IMG/VR virus record: IMGVR_UViG_3300025769_015023
Location: 1-64,000 of that record
DNA: 64,000 bases
Reading direction: 5' to 3' (one strand)
DNA from: a virus
Taxonomy: Duplodnaviria; Caudoviricetes
In this document: positions 44,312-54,591 of the stretch, in pieces
Layout: every line of letters starts with the position of its first letter
Position numbering within the stretch: the first letter of the stretch is position 1
The notes under the pieces: model-generated
Databases searched by the model: none
Told to the model about the DNA's origin: nothing
What the model saw: the letters and a program-made list of their open reading frames with translations, nothing else
Made by a program: the position numbers and the translations under genes

Positions 44312-45086
44312 ATACATATGCGGTAACGCTTTTAAGCATCAGTGCAAATATTCAGTTGGCAAGTTTAAAGATGCAAGAATACATGACTTTAATTTTTCAG
44401 TAAATAATAATGATAATAACAAAGTTTTTATAAAAACTGAGTATGTCGGCAACTTCTTTCATTATATAAACTTAGATTTTGAGTTTGAAATAGTTACTCA
44501 TAATTCTGACATACCCGTAGATTCTAGATTTATTAATTTTTTAGAAAATGAAAAAGTTACTAAGTGGTATGGACAAAATATTAATATAGCTCACCCAAAA
44601 GTAGAGTCTATTCCAATAGGGCTAGCTAACCCAAAATGGGCTCACGGAAATCAAAAAACTCTTGAAGAAGTAGCTTCCAGAAATATCAAAAAAGAACAAA
44701 TACTATATGTCAATTTTGATGTCTCTACCAACTATATAGAAAGAAGCAAGTGCTTAGAGGAGACTGGCCTAGAATTATCTAAGAAAGTAAAATACGAAGA
44801 ATATTTAGAAGAAATTGCCAAGTCGTATTTTATTATTTCTCCAAACGGAAACGGTATAGATTGTCATAAACACTGGGAGGCTTTTTACTTAAATACAGTA
44901 CCAATTGTCACGGATAGTATAAACGTACAAATGCATAATGAGTTACCATTTTTAATACTGAACGAATGGAAGGACTTCAAATCACTCGACCTAACAGAAG
45001 AGCTTTACAATAAAACAATATCGTCTTTCAATCGGGAGGATCTTCTGTTTGAAAATTATATAAAATTAAACAACTTTTTAAAATAA
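44298..45086 (+). CDS. Exostosin/GT47-like glycosyltransferase
   Basis: SIPIGL, ISPNGNGIDCHKHWEAFYLNTVPIV. Confidence 0.75.
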   Translation: MKNYKYICGNAFKHQCKYSVGKFKDARIHDFNFSVNNNDNNKVFIKTEYVGNFFHYINLDFEFEIVTHNSDIPVDSRFINFLENEKVTKWYGQNINIAHPKVESIPIGLANPKWAHGNQKTLEEVASRNIKKEQILYVNFDVSTNYIERSKCLEETGLELSKKVKYEEYLEEIAKSYFIISPNGNGIDCHKHWEAFYLNTVPIVTDSINVQMHNELPFLILNEWKDFKSLDLTEELYNKTISSFNREDLLFENYIKLNNFLK

Positions 45087-45087
45087 A

Positions 45088-46041
45088 ATGGGTATAATAG
45101 TTCCTGATATTGAGAGAATATATAAGATAAAATTTGCTTGTAACTGGGCAACTAGCGAAGAATCTGCTGATAGAGTTACTAGAAACTGGGGCAAACCTCC
45201 TTCTGGGCTTGAGATAGTAACTGGGGATGATTTTGACTATCTAATAAATTTTAATTATAGCGATGAAATGTTCAAAACGCCCAAGCACAAAAACATAGTT
45301 TTCACTATGGAGCCTAGTTGGAGCGGTTGTATTAATGATCAAGTTGTAGAAAATAGCTTCAAAGTATTTTCAAACGTTAGTAGATTTAAAAACAATGATA
45401 ACGTAGAAATGGCTCCGTCCCTAATGTTCTCTGAGGATACTGGGGGTTCAGCATTAAACCACGTTAAACAAGGCGGACCGCCCACTAAGAAATCCCCGAA
45501 AGATTATCTTGAAAATTTAAATTTCAATAAAAGTAAAAAATGCTCTATAATTTTAGCTGGTCATGGCGCTATCAACGGTATGCCAATGCCACAAGAGTCT
45601 CTTTATTTTAAGAGAGAGTCATTTCTAGCCAGACTAATAAAGTCTGATATTGACATAGATATATACGGCAGAAACTGGAATATAGAAGATTCGCGATACA
45701 AGGGGTATGCGCCCCTCAAAGAAGACGCCTTGCTTGACTACGAATTCAGCATAGCTATTGAAAATTCAAGAGAAGACTACTATATATCTGAAAAGATAAC
45801 AGATTGCTTCATAAATAACTGTGTACCGATATACGACGGTTGTAACTTAGTTCACGAATTTTATAACCCGAAATCTTTTGAAAAAATAAATATTGAAGAT
45901 GAAGATGTTATAGGAAAGATTAAAAACATAACAGAGCAATCAAATCAAATTTATAAACAGTACGTACTTGAATCAAAAATGAAATACTTTACTGATTATA
46001 ATATATATAGCTACTTACAAAAATGCATACCATTCAAATAG
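45088..46041 (+). CDS. GT10 (alpha-1,3-fucosyltransferase)-like protein
   Basis: YEFSIAIENS..YISEKITDCF..VPIY. Confidence 0.8.
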   Translation: MGIIVPDIERIYKIKFACNWATSEESADRVTRNWGKPPSGLEIVTGDDFDYLINFNYSDEMFKTPKHKNIVFTMEPSWSGCINDQVVENSFKVFSNVSRFKNNDNVEMAPSLMFSEDTGGSALNHVKQGGPPTKKSPKDYLENLNFNKSKKCSIILAGHGAINGMPMPQESLYFKRESFLARLIKSDIDIDIYGRNWNIEDSRYKGYAPLKEDALLDYEFSIAIENSREDYYISEKITDCFINNCVPIYDGCNLVHEFYNPKSFEKINIEDEDVIGKIKNITEQSNQIYKQYVLESKMKYFTDYNIYSYLQKCIPFK

Positions 46042-46796
46042 GCCCACATACAGGAGATGACCCCTTTGTTGAGTTTTTTTCTTCGAAGCATGAAGAGATA
46101 AAAAAATGCTTAATAGTAGAGGCACTATCATCATCTTTAGACATTTGTAAAAATACATATGAAAAAAGATTTACTAAAGATAAATTAAATAAAATTTCTT
46201 TTATAAATAAAGCTATAGTCGAAGATCCTACTGTTGATTTTATTGATTTCTTTTACCCAAAAGGAGAACACGAAAATGACGGTCAGATCAAATATACTGC
46301 ATTTAGCTCCACATGTAAAAATCATTTAATTTCTCATGGGGTTAAGGACATTGAAAAAAAAGAGGTTCCAGCAATTACTCTTTCAAAATTATTTAAAGAA
46401 CAAGGATTTAAAAAAGTTGATAGATTGTATTTAGATGCTGAAGGATTAGACGCTAAAATTATATTATCTTTAGATTTAAAAGAAATTGATATTCCTTTCA
46501 TCTGTTTTGAAGCTAGTCATACAGACGGCGCATTCACTAGAGAGAAAACTGCTGTAGAAGTTTTTAAATTTTTAACTGATCATAATTATGGTATATATAG
46601 TTTTTTTCACAAGATAGACAATCAAATGGATTGGAATTGGTGGGCAATCAAGGACAACGATGAAGAGCTTGCCAAAGATATTGTTGAATTTGGTGGACAC
46701 AAAACCAAAGTTAAATCACAAGATTCAATTCTAGTTCAAGTCTTTGATTCATCTACATCCTCCAAAAATCACCAGCTTGCAGTAAAATGTCTTTAA
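46023..46796 (+). CDS. FkbM-family methyltransferase
   Basis: IQIGPHTG, LYLDAEGLD..I.FE. Confidence 0.75.
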   Translation: MHTIQIGPHTGDDPFVEFFSSKHEEIKKCLIVEALSSSLDICKNTYEKRFTKDKLNKISFINKAIVEDPTVDFIDFFYPKGEHENDGQIKYTAFSSTCKNHLISHGVKDIEKKEVPAITLSKLFKEQGFKKVDRLYLDAEGLDAKIILSLDLKEIDIPFICFEASHTDGAFTREKTAVEVFKFLTDHNYGIYSFFHKIDNQMDWNWWAIKDNDEELAKDIVEFGGHKTKVKSQDSILVQVFDSSTSSKNHQLAVKCL

Positions 46797-47473
46797 TTTC
46801 TAAAGTTTATATAATTCACTACACGAAGCTAGTCGAAAGAAAAGCCCACATGCTTGATCAGATTAAGCAGTGGTTTCCTAATATTGAATATAAGTTCCTA
46901 GAAGATTTAGATCAAGAGGAATTAACAGATGAAATAATTGAGAAAAATTTCGATATTAAAAAATTTAGAGATAGATTTGACAGAGATATGCTTAGATCGG
47001 AGATGTCTCTTTGTATGAAGTATAAAAAAGCTGTAAGTGAAATAGCTAGCATACGAGACGGAGAAGATTTTTTTATTTTAGAGGACGATGTTATATTCAA
47101 AGAAGACCCACTGAGCTACATCGATTCAATGTATAAATTTTGTGATAGCTATAAAATAAATTATGATTGCGTATTTTTAGGAGAAGCTTGGATCAGAAAG
47201 GGTGATGACAGAGATATCTTCGCCAAGAAAAAATACCCCTCAACAAACGGCCTATGTACCGTGTTGTACAAAAAAGCATCTTTACAAAAACTTAATAACT
47301 TACTGCAAAAAAACAAAATAAGCCAACCCATGGATTGGGAGCTAAATGATAGGTTCGAAGAGTTAAACTTTGAGGTCTATTGGGGCAAAGCTATCACGAA
47401 GCATGGTAGTGTATCAGCTTCTCAAGGTGAAGGCTTTGATTTCTTAAAATCGTCCCTAAGAGAGTCTTACTAA
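46787..47473 (+). CDS. GT25-family glycosyltransferase
   Basis: ERKAHM, ILEDDVIF, PMDW. Confidence 0.75.
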   Translation: MSLISKVYIIHYTKLVERKAHMLDQIKQWFPNIEYKFLEDLDQEELTDEIIEKNFDIKKFRDRFDRDMLRSEMSLCMKYKKAVSEIASIRDGEDFFILEDDVIFKEDPLSYIDSMYKFCDSYKINYDCVFLGEAWIRKGDDRDIFAKKKYPSTNGLCTVLYKKASLQKLNNLLQKNKISQPMDWELNDRFEELNFEVYWGKAITKHGSVSASQGEGFDFLKSSLRESY

Positions 47474-47476
47474 AAA

Positions 47477-48244
47477 ATGAATTACGCGCTAATTAACCAA
47501 CCTTGCGGTTTAGGTGATATACTTTTTACTATAAAAATAGGTAATTATTTCGCTAGTAAAGGATTTAGGGTTATATGGCCAGTTATACCTACTTACGAAT
47601 GCTTGAAAAATAGAATCAAAACAAAAGGTATAGAATTTTACTCTGTAGAGGAAAATTTTCCATTTAAACAGGTTTTTTCTAAATTAGAATATCGAGGAGA
47701 ATATAATATTATAGACTTAGAGGATATAAAATACATACCTATTAGAGAGGCTAATTCATTTGCTGTCTCCCAATCCATGTTTATCGAAAGCGTTGAGAAA
47801 ACAAACATGTACAGTAAATACGCTATGTGTGGACTCGATCCCTCCAACTGGCAGGATTGCTTTTCCATCGATAGAAATAAAGAAAAAGAAAACGTACTTT
47901 ATGAAAAAATTTGTATCTCCAAAAACTATCACCTAGTAAACAATAGATTCGGTAGCCCACCTTATTGGGAAGAGTTTCTTTCTAAAAAAATAAACACTTC
48001 AGAAAACCTACAGAGAGTCGAAATGAATCTTGAGCATGGTTATAATATATTCGACTGGATCAAGATCATTGAAAACGCATCTAAAATAGACACGGTTGCG
48101 ACCTCTATACCATTTATACTAGATAAGCTCGATCTAAAATGCAACCCAACAATACATACTAGAAATAAGTCAGGCCAAGAAGCATCAGATAATATAAAGC
48201 TAATGAAAGAACTTTACGAAAAAGATTACCACTATGAAATCTGA
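47477..48244 (+). CDS. hypothetical glycosyltransferase-like protein
   Basis: GLGDILF N-terminal motif. Confidence 0.5.
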   Translation: MNYALINQPCGLGDILFTIKIGNYFASKGFRVIWPVIPTYECLKNRIKTKGIEFYSVEENFPFKQVFSKLEYRGEYNIIDLEDIKYIPIREANSFAVSQSMFIESVEKTNMYSKYAMCGLDPSNWQDCFSIDRNKEKENVLYEKICISKNYHLVNNRFGSPPYWEEFLSKKINTSENLQRVEMNLEHGYNIFDWIKIIENASKIDTVATSIPFILDKLDLKCNPTIHTRNKSGQEASDNIKLMKELYEKDYHYEI

Positions 48245-48791
48245 ATCAGAATACATACAGGAGCTTTGCCCAATAAACACCAGAGCCTATAACCTTTTCA
48301 AAGAATACAAAAAAGAATGCTCTGTGTTCATAGAATGCGGATGTCATATTGGTCAAACCTGTGAAAAAGCAGTCTTTCTAGGTTACGAAAAGATATATTC
48401 TTGTGACATATATGAAGACTTAGTCGAGCAAACCAAAGACAGATTAAAAAAATACGATATTCAGCACGATATTAAACATCAAAATTCTGAAAATTTTTTA
48501 AAAGAATTACTACCAACTATAAACTCGAAGGCTACAATTTGGCTTGACGCTCACCCAATAGATGGTCAACAAACAGGAATTCCATTGTTTAAAGAACTTG
48601 ATATAATCAAAGAAAAAAGCCTACATAACAACCACTCGATATTAATCGATGATTTGCAAATATTTTTTAGTAACCAAATAGAAGAAATAAAAGATAAGAT
48701 CAAATCAATAAACCCAAATTATAAAATAAATTTTGGCTATGTTCACAATAGAGGTTTGAATAACCCTGATATTTTAATAGCAGATCTGTAA
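48234..48791 (+). CDS. SAM-dependent methyltransferase
   Basis: FIECG..G.T, WLDAH, ILIDD. Confidence 0.75.
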   Translation: MKSESEYIQELCPINTRAYNLFKEYKKECSVFIECGCHIGQTCEKAVFLGYEKIYSCDIYEDLVEQTKDRLKKYDIQHDIKHQNSENFLKELLPTINSKATIWLDAHPIDGQQTGIPLFKELDIIKEKSLHNNHSILIDDLQIFFSNQIEEIKDKIKSINPNYKINFGYVHNRGLNNPDILIADL

Positions 48792-49825
48792 TGAAGTCAG
48801 CGATACTAACAGAGATTAATAAGCCGCTAGAGATATGGGATGTTGAGCCTGAAAAATTAGACTATGGTCAGGTCTTAATTAAAATAATATCTAGCGGTCT
48901 CTGTGGAGCACAGCTTCAAGAAATATCTGGACTTAAAGGTAATTCTGGATTTGTACCCCATTTATTGGGACATGAAGGATGCGCCTTAGTCGAGGAAACT
49001 GGCTCTGGCGTCAGCAAAGTAAGAAAAGGCGATAAAGTCATAGTTCATTGGAGAAAATCTTCAGGAATAGAGTCGAAGTTTCCAACATATGCTTATAAAA
49101 ATAAAAAAATATCAGGAGGGAAAGCTACTACTCTTTCGGAATTTTCAATCGTCTCTGAAAATAGAGTTACCAAAGTAAATGAAAGTGTTGACGAAGACTT
49201 TTGCACTCTTTTAGGGTGCGGTCTATCGACTGGGTTATCGGTGGCAAACAAGCAAGGAAATATAAAATTAGGAGAATCTGTTCTAATTCTTGGGGGTGGA
49301 GGAGTTGGTATATGCGCGGCTATAGGCGCTGCGCTTTCAAGAGCTTCTGAAATATATGTAGTGGAGAAAAACAAATCTAAAAAACAGTTGATAGAGTCTT
49401 TTGATTTAAATTTTAACTTTTTACACTATGAAGACCTTTCTACTTTTTTCAGTTTTGGCAAAAAGATAGATTGTATAATAGACACAACGGGATATTTGCC
49501 GCTGGTTTCTGAATGCGTACCGCATTTGTCAGACAATGGCAGATGCATATTAATTGCACAACCAATCAAAGGGTCTAAATTAGAAATACATGACCCAATA
49601 AACTTTTTTACAGGAGAAGGCATAACGATAAGCACCTCCCAAGCTGGAGGATTTAACCCAGAAACTGACGTAGCTCGCTACATAAATTTATACGACTCTA
49701 ATAAGTCGATTTTAAAAGACTGTATTGACAAACTAATTACCCACAGGTATGATTTATCCGATATCAACAAAGCTTTAGAATGCCTCACCACCAAACCCAC
49801 TGGAAGAATAATAATAAACCCATGA
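48791..49825 (+). CDS. Zinc-dependent medium-chain alcohol dehydrogenase
   Basis: GLCG, LLGHEG, GCGLSTG, GGGGVG. Confidence 0.9.
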   Translation: MKSAILTEINKPLEIWDVEPEKLDYGQVLIKIISSGLCGAQLQEISGLKGNSGFVPHLLGHEGCALVEETGSGVSKVRKGDKVIVHWRKSSGIESKFPTYAYKNKKISGGKATTLSEFSIVSENRVTKVNESVDEDFCTLLGCGLSTGLSVANKQGNIKLGESVLILGGGGVGICAAIGAALSRASEIYVVEKNKSKKQLIESFDLNFNFLHYEDLSTFFSFGKKIDCIIDTTGYLPLVSECVPHLSDNGRCILIAQPIKGSKLEIHDPINFFTGEGITISTSQAGGFNPETDVARYINLYDSNKSILKDCIDKLITHRYDLSDINKALECLTTKPTGRIIINP

Positions 49826-51027
49826 CCGAAAGAAAAGCTTGGACGAAAGAAGAGCTAATTGATTTTGAGAATCAAATTGGCGAGTTATATATGGACAACA
49901 AGCTTCCATTCTTATTTCATCTTTCAGGAGGTAATGAAGATCAGCTTATAGAAATTTTCAAAGACATAAAAGAGGGGGATTATGTCATATCAAACCACAG
50001 AAGTCACTACCACGCCCTGTTACACGGAATACCTCCCGAAGACTTGAAAAACAAAATACTAGATGGGAAAAGTATGTTTGTGTACGATAGGGAAAGAAAT
50101 TTTTTCTGCTCTGCAATAATAGGAGGAACACCTGCTATAGCAGCGGGTATTGCTTGGGCTCTAAAGAAGAAAGGCTCCAATAAAAAAGTTTGGTGTTTTG
50201 TTGGCGATGGCACTGAAGATAATGGACACCTATTTGAAGCAGTTAGGTATGTAGATGGTTGGGATTTACCATGTAAATTTATTATAGAAAATAATGACAG
50301 ATCTGTAGAGTCGTCAAATAAAGATAGGTGGAACAATACCTCCGATTATAAATGGGATTCCCCGTCTGTAATAAAATACTACTACGATATAACCTATCCT
50401 CACGCAAGAAGAGATGGTGTTATCGATCTTTCTAAGACTGTTAAAAAAACTGATGAGGAATATTTTCCGCCGCTTAGAAAAGAAGACCTACCAAATGAAG
50501 ATTTGGAAATAGATATAACCTATAAAGACTCAGTGATCCAGTCAATGGATTATCTAGGACAAAAAGAAAACTTTGTATGCATAGGCTACAACGTGCTTTA
50601 TGGAGACGCGATGGGTACTTTGAAAAACTTACCCGCAGAAAAAAAACTAGAAACACCAGTCGCAGAGAACTTAATGGTAGGACTGGCAATAGGCTCCTCT
50701 TTTGAAGGATACAAACCAGTCGTTTACTTTGAAAGACACGACTTTATGATGGTTGCCATGGATGCGATAGTAAATCATTTAGACAAGATAGAAAGAATAT
50801 CACTTGGAGAATTTAAAACACCAGTAATAATAAGAGCGGTTACTGCTGACGCTGGTCCATTTTACTCAGGAATAACCCACTCTCAAGACTTTACAAATTT
50901 GTTAAAATCATCTTTAGATATGCCAGTTATATCTCCTAGAAACGGTAAAGAAATGATTCAAGCCTTTAAAGGGGTAAGCGAGAGCAATCGACCAGCAATA
51001 ATAATTGAGAGAAAAAGCCTTTATTAA
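49822..51027 (+). CDS. Fused TPP-dependent dehydrogenase E1 alpha/beta-like protein
   Basis: HLSGG, SNHRSH, GDG..ENN TPP motif; second half ETPVAEN..GLAIG, IIRAV..HSQD, PAIIIE. Confidence 0.85.
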   Translation: MTERKAWTKEELIDFENQIGELYMDNKLPFLFHLSGGNEDQLIEIFKDIKEGDYVISNHRSHYHALLHGIPPEDLKNKILDGKSMFVYDRERNFFCSAIIGGTPAIAAGIAWALKKKGSNKKVWCFVGDGTEDNGHLFEAVRYVDGWDLPCKFIIENNDRSVESSNKDRWNNTSDYKWDSPSVIKYYYDITYPHARRDGVIDLSKTVKKTDEEYFPPLRKEDLPNEDLEIDITYKDSVIQSMDYLGQKENFVCIGYNVLYGDAMGTLKNLPAEKKLETPVAENLMVGLAIGSSFEGYKPVVYFERHDFMMVAMDAIVNHLDKIERISLGEFKTPVIIRAVTADAGPFYSGITHSQDFTNLLKSSLDMPVISPRNGKEMIQAFKGVSESNRPAIIIERKSLY

Positions 51028-51763
51028 AGTGAAAGATATTTTAGTAATAGGCGAAAGCTGCCTTGACCGTTTTCTATACTGTGACGCAGACAGACTTTGT
51101 CCAGATATACCCGTACCTGCCCTGACTGTAAAAAGAGAGTCCACTAACGAAGGTATGGCTCAAAATGTTTACAGAAATATTAAAATTCTAATAAATAATT
51201 GCGATATAAGGACTAATTTTAACTGGAAAGAGATTAAAAAAACTAGATATATAGATGAAAAATCAAACCACATGTTCATAAGGGTTGATGATGATCACTC
51301 AGCCATTCCTACGCTTGATGTGGATAGTTTGGATTTAAATGACTATAAACTCATAGCAATTTCTGATTATAACAAAGGATACCTTACAAAAGAAGCGATA
51401 TCTTTTATATGCAACAATCACGACAACGTATTCTTGGACAGTAAAAAGAAAATAGGTGAATGGGCAAACGAGGCTAAATATATCAAAATAAATAATTATG
51501 AATTAGATAGGTCAAGCGACACGATAACTGATATAGCGCTTTCTAAGACCATATGCACAAAAGGTTCCGATGGTTGCGATTTCAATGGAAAAAACTATCC
51601 AGTAAAAAAAGTGGATGTTAAAGATCCTTGTGGCGCTGGAGATACTTTTTTTGCCGCGCTAGTATGTCACTTTCTTAAAAGTGAAGATATAATCAAATCA
51701 ATAAATTACGCTAACAATGCTGCGAGCAAAGTTGTGTCTCAAAGAGGAGTGACTACATTATGA
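51005..51763 (+). CDS. PfkB-family sugar kinase (HldE/RfaE kinase-like)
   Basis: IGESCLD, SDYNKG, DPCGAGDTF. Confidence 0.88.
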   Translation: MREKAFIKVKDILVIGESCLDRFLYCDADRLCPDIPVPALTVKRESTNEGMAQNVYRNIKILINNCDIRTNFNWKEIKKTRYIDEKSNHMFIRVDDDHSAIPTLDVDSLDLNDYKLIAISDYNKGYLTKEAISFICNNHDNVFLDSKKKIGEWANEAKYIKINNYELDRSSDTITDIALSKTICTKGSDGCDFNGKNYPVKKVDVKDPCGAGDTFFAALVCHFLKSEDIIKSINYANNAASKVVSQRGVTTL

Positions 51764-52467
51764 GTAAAATTAATTTTGAAAAGGTTAAGCTTTACGAGGG
51801 TCACTCTCAAAAAAAACAACATTGTTATATTAGCCACGTATTCGACTCGATAGGAACTACTAATAAGTACTATTTAGATATAGGGGCTTACGATGGAGTA
51901 ACTAATTCTAATGTAATTGATTTAAAAATTCATAAAGGCTGGGATGGTCTAATGATAGACAATAACTGTGAGAACAATTCCCTAAACCTCAAGAAGCATA
52001 CTGTAACTAAAGATAATATATGCGATATCCTAACTAGATACGAAGTTCCAAAGAAGATTGATTTTCTTTCCCTAGATGTAGATGGAATGGATTACTGGAT
52101 ACTAAAGTCTGTACTCTCTCAGCACCAGCCTAGACTAATTGTAGTAGAGTCAAACGTAAGATTCTCTCCGCATGAAAGCAAAGCAATGAAATACAATTCG
52201 GACTACTGCTGGGATGGTTTAAACTGGTACGGAGCTAGCCCACTTGCTTTCAAAAATCTTGCTAATAAATTTAATTACACTCCAGTTTATGTTCTAAATG
52301 ACGATATTTTCATAATACACAACGATGATCTTGACATTGAAGATATAGAAAAACCTTGGCTTGAAGTATACCCAAAAGCAAACTTAGAGCTATACAAAGA
52401 CCATGTTAAACCACACCACCCAACTCCCGTACTAGAGCCCATTAAAGAAGAATGGATGGATGTTTAA
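51760..52467 (+). CDS. FkbM-like methyltransferase
   Basis: LDIGAYDG, LSLDVDGMDYWIL, YGAS. Confidence 0.8.
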   Translation: MSKINFEKVKLYEGHSQKKQHCYISHVFDSIGTTNKYYLDIGAYDGVTNSNVIDLKIHKGWDGLMIDNNCENNSLNLKKHTVTKDNICDILTRYEVPKKIDFLSLDVDGMDYWILKSVLSQHQPRLIVVESNVRFSPHESKAMKYNSDYCWDGLNWYGASPLAFKNLANKFNYTPVYVLNDDIFIIHNDDLDIEDIEKPWLEVYPKANLELYKDHVKPHHPTPVLEPIKEEWMDV

Positions 52468-53103
52468 ATGAAAAAAATCACATACGATACAAATAAATAT
52501 AATTTTAGAAAGTTTGTTGAAAGCTTTTTAGAATTTAAAAATCTAGAGGGTATACACGAGGAATATAAGTTTGATAAGATCCTTGAATTTGGTACTGACC
52601 AAAACAGATATTTGCATAAAAAATTTTACAAAGGAATGGACGATAGCTCTGATTTCATTTCTATGTACAGGTCTTTTGTAAAAGAATATGCCAATAATCT
52701 GTTTGAAGAAAAAATGATTTTTCAAAAATTTCCAACATTTAGAGTTCATCAGCCAAATAACATAGCGGTATTCGCTTTTCACAAAGACAAGGAGTACAAT
52801 CATAATAGTAAAGAAGTAAATTTTTACCTGCCAATTACAAAGGCGTTCGGAACGAATACTTTCTGGCACGAATCGGAAGAGGACAAGGGTGATTTTCGAC
52901 CCATGGAGGCTGAATATGGTGAACTAGTTATGTGGGATGGGGCTAATTTAAGCCACGGTAATAAAATTAACGAAACCAACCAAACTAGAATTAGCTTTGA
53001 CTTTAGACTTTTACCTAAGAAAATATACTTGAACTCAGAACATAAAAGTAGTAAAAGTAAAGGTAAATCATTCGTAATTGGAGATTATTACGATGAATTC
53101 TGA
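52468..53103 (+). CDS. StrG-like / Fe(II)-2OG dioxygenase-fold protein
   Basis: PTFRVH, FHKD..YNH, HGN..N.T..TRISFDFR. Confidence 0.7.
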   Translation: MKKITYDTNKYNFRKFVESFLEFKNLEGIHEEYKFDKILEFGTDQNRYLHKKFYKGMDDSSDFISMYRSFVKEYANNLFEEKMIFQKFPTFRVHQPNNIAVFAFHKDKEYNHNSKEVNFYLPITKAFGTNTFWHESEEDKGDFRPMEAEYGELVMWDGANLSHGNKINETNQTRISFDFRLLPKKIYLNSEHKSSKSKGKSFVIGDYYDEF

Positions 53104-53105
53104 AT

Positions 53106-54002
53106 ATGAGGACTTTGGTTACAGGTGGGTGTGGTTTTATAGGCAGTCATTTAGTAGACGCTCTTATAGATCAAGGTCATGAAGTCTATGTAATAGATAA
53201 CTTATCCTCAGAGTGTAATGAGCAATTCTACTTCAATGATAATGCTACTTATCTGGAAGAGGACATAAGAAATTACGATGGTATAAAACATTTTTTTAAA
53301 AATATAGACCATGTATTTCATTTAGCTGCTGAGTCTAGAATTCAGCCCACTTTAGGTAGACCTCAAGAAACATGTGGTACTAACTTCATGGGTACTTGCA
53401 ATATTCTTGAGCTTTCTAAAGAAAATAATATTAAAAAATTAATATATTCCAGTACATCTTCTGGCTACGGCTTAAAAAACAAGCCGCCATTAAAAGAAAC
53501 TATGCAAAGGGATTGTTTAAATCCTTATTCAGTTACTAAAGTAGCCGCTGAAGACCTTTGTAAAATATACTATAACTTATGGGGTCTTAAAACCGTATCT
53601 TTAAGATATTTCAATGTATTTGGCGAAAGACAGCCGATAAAAGGAATTTACGCGCCTGTAGTTGGATTGTTTATAAAACAGAAAAAAAACAATCAACCCC
53701 TAACAGTCGTTGGAGACGGTTTACAAAAAAGAGATTTTACGTATGTGATGGATATTGTTTCTGCGAATCTTAAAATTTCAATGAGCGATAACGATTCTAT
53801 ATTTGGGGAAGTGTTCAATGTTGGAAGCGGAAAAAATTTATCAATATTAGATTTAGCTAAAATGATAGACTCTAATATACAATTTATCCCCGAAAGAAAA
53901 GCAGAGTCTAGAGAAACTTTGGCAGATACCTCCAAGATAAAATCGGTTATAGATTGGAGCGCTACAAAAAATATACAAGAATGGGTTGAAGATCAGCTAT
54001 AA
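53106..54002 (+). CDS. NAD-dependent epimerase/dehydratase
   Basis: TGGCGFIG, YSVTK, LRYFNVFG. Confidence 0.92.
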   Translation: MRTLVTGGCGFIGSHLVDALIDQGHEVYVIDNLSSECNEQFYFNDNATYLEEDIRNYDGIKHFFKNIDHVFHLAAESRIQPTLGRPQETCGTNFMGTCNILELSKENNIKKLIYSSTSSGYGLKNKPPLKETMQRDCLNPYSVTKVAAEDLCKIYYNLWGLKTVSLRYFNVFGERQPIKGIYAPVVGLFIKQKKNNQPLTVVGDGLQKRDFTYVMDIVSANLKISMSDNDSIFGEVFNVGSGKNLSILDLAKMIDSNIQFIPERKAESRETLADTSKIKSVIDWSATKNIQEWVEDQL

Positions 54003-54591
54003 AATGACTTACTGCTTTGATATTGACGGAACTATCTGCGAAACTACTGAAAACAGCAGTTATGAAAACGCTAAAGCATATCCGTCCGTAGTCGCGGCTA
54101 TAAATAAGCTGTACGATCAAGGTCACACAGTGTTTCTTTACACAGCAAGGGGTAGCGTTTCAGGAAAAGACTGGTCAGAACTAACTAACAAACAAGTTAA
54201 GTCATGGGGTATAAAGTGCCACGAAGTTAAGATGGGTAAACCTTTTTACGATCTCATGATCGACGATAGGTCCATCAACGCAAATATGTGGAGAAGCACT
54301 CTAAACAAAAAAACAGCCCTAGTACATGGGGTATTCGACAATCTAAATGCTGACACATGTTTAAAATTAAAAAAATTAAAAGAAGAAAAATACAACAACA
54401 TAGTTGCAGCAATCCAATCAGATCCAATTCTGGACGACGAAAGCAAAAAAAGCCCGATTAATTCTCTAAAAGATAGGATAGAGGTATTAAAATCAATAAC
54501 TTATATAAATGAAATAATACCATATAGAGTTGAAAAAGATATAAAATCTATATCAGAGCAAATAAGAGCGGAGTCGATTCAAAATGTTTAG
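53986..54591 (+). CDS. HAD capsule-biosynthesis phosphatase fused to a degenerate cytidylyltransferase-like domain
   Basis: CFDIDGT, YTARG, GKP..IDD; then HGVFD..QSDP..RIEVL..INEIIPY. Confidence 0.7.
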   Translation: MKISYKMTYCFDIDGTICETTENSSYENAKAYPSVVAAINKLYDQGHTVFLYTARGSVSGKDWSELTNKQVKSWGIKCHEVKMGKPFYDLMIDDRSINANMWRSTLNKKTALVHGVFDNLNADTCLKLKKLKEEKYNNIVAAIQSDPILDDESKKSPINSLKDRIEVLKSITYINEIIPYRVEKDIKSISEQIRAESIQNV

